DNA of 64,000 nucleotides from Kofleriaceae bacterium (GTDB lineage Bacteria > Myxococcota_A > Polyangia > Haliangiales > Haliangiaceae). Shown piece after piece: positions 9,716 to 19,710 of the stretch. The notes below the pieces were generated by a model. That model had not been told where the DNA came from. It did no database searches and saw only the letters and a list, made by a program, of their open reading frames with translations. Made by a program: the position numbers and the translations under genes. Each line of letters starts with the position of its first letter. Position 1 is the stretch's first letter. The stretch lies in the NCBI GenBank assembly GCA_041389965.1, contig JAWKQV010000015.1, positions 111,041 to 175,040 of the forward strand, in the 5' to 3' direction.

Positions 9716-11986
9716 ATGCTCAACGACCACGATAGCCAGCCCGACCATGATCAGGACCACGCCGAGGCGCCCGCGCGGGCCGGGGCCAGCGGAGGCGGCG
9801 GGTCGCCCGGCAAGGTGACCCGCACCGGGCGCCTGGCGGCCCCGGCCCGGGCCGACGCGTCGCCTGGTGGCGGCAGCGCGGCGTGGGCTCACCCGACGCC
9901 GGGCGACGAGCCGTTCGGGCTCCATGTCGTCGACGCAGTGCAGCGCCGCGGCGGCGGCACCGGCGCTGGGCCGGGGGAGGTGCGGGCCGCGGCGGCCCAC
10001 GGGCTAGGCGGCGGCGGCGGCGCGTTGCCGTTCGCCAGCCAGATCCAGGCGTCGTTCGGAGCTGCTGCCGACGTGTCGCAGATCACCGCACACGTCGGTG
10101 GGGTCGCGGCCGAGGCATGCGACACCATCGGGGCGACCGCCTACGCCAGCGGCAACCAGGTCGCCTTCGCGGGCAGCCCGGATCTGCACACCGCCGCCCA
10201 CGAAGCTGCCCACGTGGTGCAGCAGGCTCGCGGCGTGAACCTGTACGGTGGCGTGGGCGTCGCCGGCGACGCCTACGAGCGCCACGCCGACGAGGTGGCC
10301 GACCGGGTGGTCGCGGGGCGATCGGCCGAGGACCTGCTCGCGGACCGCCCGAGCGGCGGCGGTCACCGCGCCGCTGATGATGAGCACGGCGACGAGCCCG
10401 ACGACGGGCCCGCGGTCCAGCGCAAGGCCAGCGGCCTGGGCGCCAAGGAGAACCTGCTGGCGCAGTGGAAGCGCGAGATGGTCGAGGTGGCCCACCAGCT
10501 GGCCGGCGAGTTCACTCCGCTCGGCCTGCACTTCCGCCCGCAGATCTTGCTGGCCACCGCGATGCAGGAGGCCGCCGCACGGGATCCGCTGCACGCGGTC
10601 AGCTTCGACAACGGCCTGGGCATCATGCAGATCACGCCGTACCGCGGGAAGCTCGACCCGCAGGTCGCGCGCGCCATCGGCTGGGACAACTCGCGCAGCG
10701 TCAGCGACAACATGCGCAACAGCAACTGGCGCAGCGCCAAGGCCAACCTCCTGGCCGGCGGCTACACCATGCTGTCGAAGGCCAAGGCCATCAAGCGCAT
10801 GGTGCCCAGCGTGTGGGGCCAGATGGACGAGCCCCACAAGTGGCGCGCCGTGCTGTTCGCCTACAACGCCGGCGAGGGCAGCGCGGTGAGCGCGCTGCGC
10901 CGCGGCGGGCCCAACGCCGCCATGATCAGCACGTTCACCGACAAGCGTGGCCGGCGGGTCAGCCACGACTACACCGCCGAGATCAGCGAGAAGATGGACT
11001 ACGTCGATCGCCACGATCCGTTCGGTGGCGCCGGCCACGCGGACGCGCCGCCGGCGCAGCAGGGCAGCGGCGATCACGCGGACGCGCCGCCGGCGCAGCA
11101 GGCCAGCGGCGATCGCGCGGACGCGCCGCCGGCGCAGCAGGGCAGCGGCGATCAGGGCAGCGGCGGGCGGCGCCTGTCCGGGTCGGTCGGCCGCGGCGGC
11201 CGCAACCGTCGCCGCGACGTCAACGCCGTGCAGCAGCACCTGCACCAGCACGGCTTCGCCGCGGTCGGGCGCGTCGACAGCCTGGTCGGCCCCAAGACCA
11301 TCCGCGCCATCGAGGCGTTCCAGCGCGTGGTGCTCGGCATGGTCGACGGCCTGATCCAGCCCGGCAAGAACACCGAGCGGCACCTGTTCGGGGCCGAGCG
11401 TCACCGGCCCCCGGCCGGCGACGAGCACGCACCGACCCCGCCGGCTCACGCCGGCCACGGCGACCGTCCGGGCCAGGCGCCGGCGACGCCGGGCGGTGAT
11501 CACGAGGCGACCCACGGCGCCGCGCCCGCTGCCGCCGGTCACGACGCCGAGCACCCCAGCTGGGCCGCCATCAGCCGCAACTTCGGCGGCCGCATCGGTG
11601 GGTCGCGCTTCACGTGGCACGAGGCGCTGTGGCTGCCGTCGTTCGGCCGCCACGTCCAGCCCAGCGACGTCACCAACATCTCGATCGACACGCTGATCGC
11701 CAACGTCGAGCGCCAGGCCCAGGCGTTGTCGGCGGTGGCCAACGCCCTCGGCAAGTCGATCGTCGTCCACTGCTGGGTGCGCCCGCCGGCGTACAACCGG
11801 CGCATCGGCGGCGCCGGCAACTCGGCCCACCTGCGCGGGATGGCGACCGACTTCCACTGCCCCGGCATGTCGGCCGAGCAGGTGCGGCGGGCGGTCAAGA
11901 GCCAGCATCTGTACCCCGGTGCCGGCGAGAACAACGTGAGCTGGGTCCACCTCGACCTCGAGCACCGCGCCTGGTTCAACCCGTGA
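9716..11986 (+). CDS. Multi-domain secreted-effector-like cell-wall hydrolase: DUF4157 (HExxH metallopeptidase-like) + lytic transglycosylase (SLT) + peptidoglycan-binding (PG_binding_1) + Peptidase M15A-like D-Ala-D-Ala carboxypeptidase domain
   Basis: DUF4157 signature: [26 protein letters not shown]...[32 protein letters not shown] signature: [32 protein letters not shown]-binding signature: [37 protein letters not shown]15-like signature: [13 protein letters not shown]...WVHLDLEH. The protein has no signal peptide and contains three 13-aa repeats ([13 protein letters not shown]). Confidence 0.75.
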   Translation: MLNDHDSQPDHDQDHAEAPARAGASGGGGSPGKVTRTGRLAAPARADASPGGGSAAWAHPTPGDEPFGLHVVDAVQRRGGGTGAGPGEVRAAAAHGLGGGGGALPFASQIQASFGAAADVSQITAHVGGVAAEACDTIGATAYASGNQVAFAGSPDLHTAAHEAAHVVQQARGVNLYGGVGVAGDAYERHADEVADRVVAGRSAEDLLADRPSGGGHRAADDEHGDEPDDGPAVQRKASGLGAKENLLAQWKREMVEVAHQLAGEFTPLGLHFRPQILLATAMQEAAARDPLHAVSFDNGLGIMQITPYRGKLDPQVARAIGWDNSRSVSDNMRNSNWRSAKANLLAGGYTMLSKAKAIKRMVPSVWGQMDEPHKWRAVLFAYNAGEGSAVSALRRGGPNAAMISTFTDKRGRRVSHDYTAEISEKMDYVDRHDPFGGAGHADAPPAQQGSGDHADAPPAQQASGDRADAPPAQQGSGDQGSGGRRLSGSVGRGGRNRRRDVNAVQQHLHQHGFAAVGRVDSLVGPKTIRAIEAFQRVVLGMVDGLIQPGKNTERHLFGAERHRPPAGDEHAPTPPAHAGHGDRPGQAPATPGGDHEATHGAAPAAAGHDAEHPSWAAISRNFGGRIGGSRFTWHEALWLPSFGRHVQPSDVTNISIDTLIANVERQAQALSAVANALGKSIVVHCWVRPPAYNRRIGGAGNSAHLRGMATDFHCPGMSAEQVRRAVKSQHLYPGAGENNVSWVHLDLEHRAWFNP
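11036..11152 (+). repeat. 39-bp near-perfect tandem repeat x3 inside hydrolase gene (encodes HADAPPAQQ(G/A)SGD linker repeats)
   Basis: cacgcggacgcgccgccggcgcagcagggcagcggcgat is repeated three times with 1-2 substitutions. Confidence 0.7.
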
Positions 11987-13161
11987 CCGACGCCGGCGCG
12001 TCGACCGAGGCCGCCGCCGCGCCGCCGTGGCCCGACATGGTGGAGGTCACCGCCCAGGTCGTGGTGGTCCCGGCGACCGCGCTGTGGCCGGTCCACGAGT
12101 CGATCGCGGCGCCGGGCTGGCTGGCGCGGGTCGTGAGCGGCGAGGGCCGGGGCGCGTCGATCGCGCAGCTGGCGGTGGCCGTCGGCGCCGGCCTCATCGC
12201 GGCGCCGGCGGGCGAGCTGACCGCGTCGCGGTTGGGCCTCGACGCGGGCGCGTGGGAGCGCGAGTTTCCGCTGGCCTTCGACGCCGACGGGGCCGTGGTG
12301 CTGGCGCCCGACCGGCCGGGGCCGACCCGCCAGGTGGCGCCCTTGGCCGAGCTGCGCCTGCCGGTCGGGCGGGTGGTGCGGCCGTGCGCTGCGCGGTGGG
12401 GGCGCGGGCCGGCCTGGCCGGTGGTCCGCGCGCTCGGCGGCGAGGGCAGCCGCGGCGAGGCCGACCTGTTCGACCGCGGCGATCGGGTCTACGTGGTGGG
12501 GCGGGTCGACGGCTGGGCGCTGGTCGCCACCTCGTACGACGAGCACCCCCACCGCTGGCTGCCGGCCGCGGTGGTGGCGGCGGCCGACGGCGCGGAACCG
12601 ACCGACGGTGGCGCCGACGACGACGGCGGCGACCCGGCCGACGGCGCCGACCCGGTCGACGCGACCGCGTCCACGCTCGGCCACGACGATCTGGGCGGCA
12701 CCACCGACGCTCCGGTGCTGGAGGCGATGATCGCCCTGGCGATGGCGGCGGTGGCGCGGCGAGCCGACGGCGCCGCGGCCGACGAGGTGGCGGCGGAGGT
12801 GGCGATCCTGCTCGACCGTTGGGCCGACAGCGACCTCGAGGACGATCCGCGGCTGGCGGCGCTGCCGGCCCTCGATCGGGTGGTGTTGGCGCTGGCAGTG
12901 GCGCCGGCGCTCGACCGCGCGGTCGCCCTGGCCTACCGGGCCAGCGCCGGCGAGCTGGCGCCGACGGTCGGCTTCGTGGTCGAGCTGGCGGCGACGTCGC
13001 CGCGCGACCGCATCCGCGCCACCCGCCGCCTCACCGCCGATTGCGCCTTGCGCCAGAGCGGGGCGGTGGTCACCGACGGCGCCGACGTGCCCCGCGCCGA
13101 TTCGCCGGTGGCGGTGGCGGACTGGGTGGTCGCCGCGCTGTACGGCCTGGCCGACCCGTAG
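11983..13161 (+). CDS. Hypothetical protein translationally coupled to the hydrolase (candidate immunity/partner protein)
   Basis: GTG at 11983 overlaps the hydrolase TGA (GTGA) and is in frame with the tail of ORF 11614..13161. About 392 aa, Ala/Asp-rich, with an acidic [16 protein letters not shown] segment. No family recognised. Confidence 0.45.
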   Translation: MTDAGASTEAAAAPPWPDMVEVTAQVVVVPATALWPVHESIAAPGWLARVVSGEGRGASIAQLAVAVGAGLIAAPAGELTASRLGLDAGAWEREFPLAFDADGAVVLAPDRPGPTRQVAPLAELRLPVGRVVRPCAARWGRGPAWPVVRALGGEGSRGEADLFDRGDRVYVVGRVDGWALVATSYDEHPHRWLPAAVVAAADGAEPTDGGADDDGGDPADGADPVDATASTLGHDDLGGTTDAPVLEAMIALAMAAVARRADGAAADEVAAEVAILLDRWADSDLEDDPRLAALPALDRVVLALAVAPALDRAVALAYRASAGELAPTVGFVVELAATSPRDRIRATRRLTADCALRQSGAVVTDGADVPRADSPVAVADWVVAALYGLADP

Positions 13162-13170
13162 CGCGCGGCG

Positions 13171-13833
13171 TCAGGTGGCCTTGCGCAGCACGCCGCTCAG
13201 GCCGCGCCCGATCATCCGGTCGGTGAACCCGTCGAGCAGCTCGCGCCGGACCCGGACCCGGCGCGACAGGATCAGGTCGGCCAGGCCGTGCATGGTCGAC
13301 CAGAACCACGCGGCCAGCTCGGTCACGTCGCCGTTCACCAGCTCGCGGCGCCGGCACCCGCGCTCGATCTCGGTCACCAAGATCGCGAAGGCATCGTCGA
13401 CCGCGGTGTCGGTCGTGGGGAACCGGAGGTAGTTGTGGGGGCCGGCCAGGACCTGGTAGCGGCCCGGCTCGGCGAAGGCGAACCGCACGTAGACCCGAGC
13501 GATGGTCAACAGGCGGGTCCGGATCGACGGGCCGGCGTCGACCAACGCCTCGGTGACCAGCCGGTGCAGGTCCCGGTAGCCTTGCTCGGCCACCGCGGCG
13601 AGCACGGCGTCGCGATCGGCGAAGTGCCGGTACGCCGCCCGGTGATCGACCCCGACCAGCCGGGCGGCCTCGCGCAGGGTGAAGCCGGCCACGCCGTGCT
13701 CGCTGATGAGCACCACGGCGGCGTCGATCAACGCGCTGCGCAGGTTGCCGTGGTGGTAGTCGCCGCGGGCCTTGCGCTGGGGCTGCCGCGGGCGCGGCGA
13801 CGTCGTGGCGGTGGAGGCGCGTCGAGCGGTCAC
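13171..13833 (-). CDS. TetR/AcrR family transcriptional regulator
   Basis: N-terminal [50 protein letters not shown], about 220 aa. Confidence 0.8.
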   Translation of the reverse strand: MTARRASTATTSPRPRQPQRKARGDYHHGNLRSALIDAAVVLISEHGVAGFTLREAARLVGVDHRAAYRHFADRDAVLAAVAEQGYRDLHRLVTEALVDAGPSIRTRLLTIARVYVRFAFAEPGRYQVLAGPHNYLRFPTTDTAVDDAFAILVTEIERGCRRRELVNGDVTELAAWFWSTMHGLADLILSRRVRVRRELLDGFTDRMIGRGLSGVLRKAT

Positions 13834-13903
13834 GGGTCCACCCTGCCACAGCTCGCGCCCGCCATCGCCGGGGACGGCCGCCAGCGCGAGCGCACGGTCG
13901 GCG

Positions 13904-14458
13904 TCATCGCCAGGTCAACCGGATGCAGCAGCCGTCGGCGCCCCGTCGGCGACACCCCGTCAGCGCGGAGCCGACCTCGCTGCCCCCCGACAGCTCGACC
14001 GAGCGCTCGGCCCAGCCTCGCACCGACTCGCAGTGGGTGCAGTTCGGCGTCGCGACGTCGCGCAGCTCGAGAGTGATGGCGTCGGGCTGCTCGGTCAGCG
14101 TGAGCTTGCCCGTGTCGTAGTGGAGGTGCCACAGGCGGGCCGCGCGTGCCATCACCCAGCGCACGGTGCCGACCTTGTAGAACAGCCGGTAGATGGTGGT
14201 GAGGTGGGCGTCGGCAGCGAACCGGCCCAGCTCGACCACCAGCGCCCCGTCGCCGTCGCCGAACAGCCGATCGATGGTCTCGGACACCTCGATCAGCAGC
14301 TCGAGCGGGTACCAGCGCGCCAGCGTCACCCCCGCGGCGAGGGCCTCGGCCAGCCCGGGCGAGGCCTGGGCCACCAGCCGCTCGAACCCGGCCTGGCCGT
14401 GGTTGAGGCGGACCCAGGTCACCCGGGCTGCGAGCGCGCTTCCCTTCACGTTCGCCAC
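13904..14458 (-). CDS. Hypothetical protein, DUF2378-like (myxobacterial paralogous family) - tentative
   Basis: 184-aa [31 protein letters not shown]... The size and N-terminal pattern resemble the TIGR02265/DUF2378 family. Family assignment is from memory. Confidence 0.4.
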   Translation of the reverse strand: MANVKGSALAARVTWVRLNHGQAGFERLVAQASPGLAEALAAGVTLARWYPLELLIEVSETIDRLFGDGDGALVVELGRFAADAHLTTIYRLFYKVGTVRWVMARAARLWHLHYDTGKLTLTEQPDAITLELRDVATPNCTHCESVRGWAERSVELSGGSEVGSALTGCRRRGADGCCIRLTWR

Positions 14459-14512
14459 GTCATTAGTATACGCCGGCCCGCCGCCGTTCCTGGCGGGTCA
14501 GCAAGGATTCCC

Positions 14513-16066
<1,554 letters not shown>

Positions 16067-16150
16067 GCGGCTGGGGCGGCCGCGCGCCTCACCCGCGGGG
16101 TGTGTCAGGGCGCGATGACCGGATCGTGACGGAATCCCGGCCGGCAGCCG

Positions 16151-16176
16151 GCCGGAGATTTCCTAGAGTCTCCGGG
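16151..16176. promoter_or_regulatory. Inverted repeat CCGGAGA-N10-TCTCCGG abutting the acyltransferase start codon
   Basis: gCCGGAGAtttcctagagTCTCCGGgATG. It may be a hairpin or operator. It shares the GGAGA(T/C)TT(T)CCT core with the repeats at 9601..9715. Confidence 0.3.
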
Positions 16177-17067
16177 ATGCGCCGCGCTGTCCTCGGTGTG
16201 TTCACCTACGTCGGCTTCGCCGTGCTGCTGCTCGTGTGGCTGCCGGTGCTGGGCCTGGTGACCTTGCTCGGTCGTGACGATCTCCGTCGCCGCGGACGGT
16301 GGATGCGCCGGTTCGGCCGGGTGTCGGCGCGGGTGGCGCCGCAGTGGCGGTTCCGCGTCGAGGGGCCGACCCCGCCCGGCATCGCCGAGCAGCCCTACGT
16401 GGTGGTCGCCAACCACCAGTCGACCGCCGATCCGTGGCTCCTGTCGTCGTTGCCGTGGGACATGCGGTGGATCGCCAAGGACTCGCTGTTCCGGGCGCCG
16501 GTGCTCGGCTGGCTGATGCGGCTGGGCGGTGACCTGCCGGTGGTGCGCGGCGACGGCCCCAGCGTGGTGCGCATGATGGCGGCGGCCCGCGCCACCCTGG
16601 CCGGCGGCCTGTCGCTGATGGTGTTCCCCGAGGGCACCCGCTCGCGCGACGGCCAGCTGGGTCCGTTCAAGGATGGCGCGTTCGAGCTGGCCATCGGCGC
16701 CGGCGTGCCCATCGTCCCGGTGGTGGTCGACGGCACCCACAAGTGCCGGCCCAAGGGCTCGCGCTGGTTCGGCGACGCCGACGCGGTGGCGCGGGTGCTC
16801 GCGCCGGTGCCGACCGCCGGGCTGACGGTGGCTGACCTGCCGGCGCTGCGCGAGCGGGTGCGCGACCTCATCGGGGCCGAGCTGGCGCGGATGCGGGCGG
16901 CGGTCCCGGCGGTGGTCGCGCCTCACGGCGAGCTTTCGCTCGACATGTCGCTGCCGGCGGCGGTGGCCGCGGCGGTCTTGTCGGCGGCCAGCGCGGCGCC
17001 GCGCGCGGCCGGCGCCCCCCACGGCACGCGGCCCAGCGCCGACGACACCAGCGCCCCGGGCGCGTGA
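16177..17067 (+). CDS. 1-acyl-sn-glycerol-3-phosphate acyltransferase (PlsC/LPLAT family)
   Basis: ATG at 16177 is in frame with the tail of ORF 14686..17067. N-terminal TM MRRAVLGVFTYVGFAVLLLVWLPVL. HX4D motif: VVANHQSTADPW. PEGTRS motif: MVFPEGTRSRDG. Confidence 0.8.
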   Translation: MRRAVLGVFTYVGFAVLLLVWLPVLGLVTLLGRDDLRRRGRWMRRFGRVSARVAPQWRFRVEGPTPPGIAEQPYVVVANHQSTADPWLLSSLPWDMRWIAKDSLFRAPVLGWLMRLGGDLPVVRGDGPSVVRMMAAARATLAGGLSLMVFPEGTRSRDGQLGPFKDGAFELAIGAGVPIVPVVVDGTHKCRPKGSRWFGDADAVARVLAPVPTAGLTVADLPALRERVRDLIGAELARMRAAVPAVVAPHGELSLDMSLPAAVAAAVLSAASAAPRAAGAPHGTRPSADDTSAPGA

Positions 17068-17111
17068 TCGGGCCGGCCTGCCGGCGCGCCGGGCGGTGCT
17101 AGCCTCCCGCC

Positions 17112-17810
17112 ATGCGGCTGCAGGCACGATATCCGACGGCGGCGGCGCTCGGTGCCGACGTGGCCGAGCAGCTCGGGCGCGGTGGCCTGCTGGTCCGCGG
17201 CCCGGTGCCTGACGGGCTCGAGCTGTTCGCGCCGGTCGAGCTCGAGGTCGTGTGCGGTGGGGCGGCGGTGGTCGTCACCGCCCAGGTGCTGCAGCTGTTT
17301 CCAGGCATCGGGGTCGCGGTCGGCGTCGACGCCGCCGCACGCGACGCCATCGCCGCGTTGGCGCGCGGTGACGAGGCCGAGGCCGACCCGGCGCCGCCCC
17401 CCGACGGCGGCACCGCCACCCGCGCCCGGGCCCACGCGGCCGACATGCTGGCCAAGATCCAGCGGGCGCTCACCGGCGACCGCGACGCCCGCCTGGCGGT
17501 CCTGCGCGATCCCAACCGCACCGTCCACGTCCACATCCTGCGCAACCCCGGCCTGCGAGCCGACGAGGTGGCGGCCATCGCCCGCATGACCACGGTGTCG
17601 ATCGAGCTGCTCACCCAGATCGCCAGCCGCCGTGAGTACGGTCAGCGCCCCGAGATCGCCATCGCCCTGGTGCGCAACCCGACCATGCCCATCCCCGCCG
17701 CCATCGAGCTGCTGCGCTACGTCAGCGAGGGCGACCTCAAGCAGCTGGCCAAGGACAACCGCACCCGGGACCCGATCCAGCGGGCGGCGCGCAAGCGCCT
17801 GGTGCGGTAG
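17112..17810 (+). CDS. PilZ-like domain protein with C-terminal helical-repeat region (putative)
   Basis: N-terminus RLQARYPTAAALGADVAEQLGRGGLLVRGPVPDGLELFAPVELEVV...QVLQLFPGIGVAVGVD resembles the PilZ RxxxR...(D/N)xSxxG pattern. The C-terminus has LRNPGL-type repeats. Confidence 0.45.
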   Translation: MRLQARYPTAAALGADVAEQLGRGGLLVRGPVPDGLELFAPVELEVVCGGAAVVVTAQVLQLFPGIGVAVGVDAAARDAIAALARGDEAEADPAPPPDGGTATRARAHAADMLAKIQRALTGDRDARLAVLRDPNRTVHVHILRNPGLRADEVAAIARMTTVSIELLTQIASRREYGQRPEIAIALVRNPTMPIPAAIELLRYVSEGDLKQLAKDNRTRDPIQRAARKRLVR

Positions 17811-17830
17811 GTGCCGCGCCCGCCGCCGCG

Positions 17831-18184
17831 TCAGCCAAACAGCAACACGACCCCCAGCAAGATGGTGGCGAGCCCGCCCATCACGACGGCGAAGATCGCG
17901 CGCCCCAGGCCGTGCTTGCCGGGCTTGTGCTTGAGGTCGACGATGGCCCAGATGCCGACCGCCAGCGCCAGCGGTCCGAACACCAGGAACAGCGACAGGA
18001 TGCCGAGGTAGCCGGCGATGATCGACAGTGGGGTCCGGCCAACCGGGAGCAGCATCCGCATGGCCGGGTCATCGACGCCGGCGCCGCCGAAGATCTGGCC
18101 GCAGTGGGGACATTGCGGCGTCATGTAGACGACCAGCTGGCGGCAACGCGGGCAGGGATTCATCCTCGGCGACGGCGACGACAC
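17831..18184 (-). CDS. Small membrane protein with N-terminal zinc-ribbon (CPRC...CPHC) and DUF4190-like TM region
   Basis: MSSPSPRMNPCPRCRQLVVYMTPQCPHCGQIF...IIAGYLGILSLFLVFGPLALAVGIWAIVDL. Confidence 0.55.
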   Translation of the reverse strand: MSSPSPRMNPCPRCRQLVVYMTPQCPHCGQIFGGAGVDDPAMRMLLPVGRTPLSIIAGYLGILSLFLVFGPLALAVGIWAIVDLKHKPGKHGLGRAIFAVVMGGLATILLGVVLLFG

Positions 18185-18220
18185 CCGCCGAACCTAGCAC
18201 ACCTCCCTCGCGTCGCGTGA

Positions 18221-18730
18221 TCACTTCGGGAAATGTGGGCCCGGGCCGCGGTCTTGCAGCGGGCGGAGCAGGTCGCCCCACCACCGGCCCAGGTTGGCCA
18301 AGAACGCCGCGGCGGCCTGGCCATGGCGCGCCGGGTGATCGGCACGGATCGTCGCCCAGCCGCGGTGCTCGACGGTGACGCGGGTCCCACGCCGGGTCGG
18401 CGCGAACTCGACCGCCACCTCGGTGACCTCCCCGGGCGCGAAGTTGCGGGCGCGCCACGTGAAGGCCAGGCGGTGCGGCGGTGCCCAGGTGGTGATCGTG
18501 CCGATGACGTGCACCTGGCGGCCGGCCGCGCTGGCGTACTCCTCGAACAGCCGGCCACCGGCGCGGGGCTCGAACGCCAGCGTGCCGGGCGCGTCGCCGG
18601 CGTTGCGGTAACGTGGGCCGCGGCGCCACCACAGCTCGGTCTCGCGGGTGAACACGTCGAACGCGACCTCGACCGGGACGTCGACCGCGATGGTCACCCG
18701 GACCCGATCGTCGGCCGGCCCGGCGGTCAC
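18221..18730 (-). CDS. SRPBCC family protein (AHSA1/activator-of-Hsp90-ATPase-like)
   Basis: 169 aa: VRVTIAVDVPVEVAFDVFTRETELWW... This fold is a typical ArsR-adjacent partner. Confidence 0.7.
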   Translation of the reverse strand: MTAGPADDRVRVTIAVDVPVEVAFDVFTRETELWWRRGPRYRNAGDAPGTLAFEPRAGGRLFEEYASAAGRQVHVIGTITTWAPPHRLAFTWRARNFAPGEVTEVAVEFAPTRRGTRVTVEHRGWATIRADHPARHGQAAAAFLANLGRWWGDLLRPLQDRGPGPHFPK

Positions 18731-19104
18731 GCCCGGCCTCCCCGCGGGCGGCGGCGGGGCGCGGCGCGGTGCGGTGCGGGCGCGGCGGTCCGCTCGGCGT
18801 GGGCCTTGAACGCGGCCAGCTGATCGACCCAGAACGCCTCGACCTCGTCGAGCCAGCCGCGCACGTCGGCGAACGGCTGGGGCTCGAGCCGGTAGACCCG
18901 GACCCGGGCGTCGTCGGCGACGGCGTCGTCGGTCACCACGCCAGCCCGGCGCAGCACCCGCAGGTGACGCGACAGGGCCGGGGCGCTGACGCCCAGGTGC
19001 GCGGCCAGCTCGCCGGCGCGGCGCGGCCCGCGCCGCAGGGTGTCGATGACCGCGCGCCGGGTGGGGTCGGCCAGCGCCGCCAGGGTGTCATCGAGCGTGG
19101 TCAC
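18727..19104 (-). CDS. ArsR/SmtB family transcriptional regulator
   Basis: LADPTRRAVIDTLRRGPRRAGELAAHLGVSAPALSRHLRVLRRAGVV (winged HTH). Its stop overlaps the SRPBCC start. Confidence 0.85.
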   Translation of the reverse strand: MTTLDDTLAALADPTRRAVIDTLRRGPRRAGELAAHLGVSAPALSRHLRVLRRAGVVTDDAVADDARVRVYRLEPQPFADVRGWLDEVEAFWVDQLAAFKAHAERTAAPAPHRAAPRRRPRGGRA

Positions 19105-19610
19105 GCCGGCTGGGTCCCGCGCGGCGGCGGCTTGCTCGGCGAGCGCACCCGCTGCACGAACCAGAAGCGGTGGCCCTCGAGATCGACCGCCTCGTAGGCG
19201 CGATCGCTCCAGTAGTCTTCACCGTAGTCGCTGGTGGTCGGCGCCATCGTGACCTGGCCGCCCTCGGCCCGGACGTGGGCGCAGTGGGCGTCGGCGTCGT
19301 CGACGAACAGCATCAGGCTCTGGGTGTTGCCGCCATCGACGTCGCGCGGGCTGCGGCGGTGGGAGGCGTCGGGGCGCTCGGCCGACCGCACCGCGCCGAC
19401 CATCACCAGCGCGTCGGGGCCGAAGGTCAGCTCGGAGTGGACGATGGCGCCGTCGGCGGCCTCGATCCGGAGCCGCACCTCGAAGCCGAACACCCGGCAC
19501 AGCCAGTCGATGGCGGCGGCCGGGTCACGGTAGAACAGCGCGCTCGACAGGCGCGGCCAGTCGTGGGGCGCGGGGACGGCGGTGAAGTCGGGTGGGGCAT
19601 CGATGGACAT
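19101..19610 (-). CDS. VOC family protein (glyoxalase/bleomycin-resistance fold)
   Basis: Likely starts at the internal Met (MSIDAPPDFTAV...) of ORF 19101..19646; the upstream extension starts with TTG. FYRDPAAAIDWLCRVFGFEV...LMLFVDDADAHCAHVRAEGG. Its stop overlaps the arsR start. Confidence 0.65.
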   Translation of the reverse strand: MSIDAPPDFTAVPAPHDWPRLSSALFYRDPAAAIDWLCRVFGFEVRLRIEAADGAIVHSELTFGPDALVMVGAVRSAERPDASHRRSPRDVDGGNTQSLMLFVDDADAHCAHVRAEGGQVTMAPTTSDYGEDYWSDRAYEAVDLEGHRFWFVQRVRSPSKPPPRGTQPA

Positions 19611-19700
19611 GACAATTTTATTAACTCGGAGGTTAATGATTGTCAAGAATGGAAATAATTGGCGATGGGGAGAATCACTCCAGTCCCGAGGCCGGTGGTA
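19600..19700. promoter_or_regulatory. AT-rich promoter island with inverted repeat TTAAC-N6-GTTAA (candidate ArsR operator) between divergent VOC-ArsR-SRPBCC operon and TPR gene
   Basis: gacaattttatTAACtcggagGTTAAtgattgtcaagaatggaaataattgg stands out against the ~70% GC background. Confidence 0.45.
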
Positions 19701-19710
19701 GGCTGGCGGC

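Noticed and set aside
10004-11965. 653-aa reverse ORF opposite the DUF4157 hydrolase
   Set aside because: Ala/Gly/Arg/Val-rich with no motifs. The forward frame contains four recognisable domains.
12027-13226. 399-aa ORF (+) of near-pure Arg/Gly/Ala/Pro
   Set aside because: A compositional artefact, in a shifted frame of the hypothetical gene 11983..13161.
13904-14458. Possibility that the DUF2378-like ORF is a regulatory-domain protein partnering the TetR gene
   Set aside because: The idea rests only on adjacency and a family assignment from memory. I kept it as a hypothetical protein.
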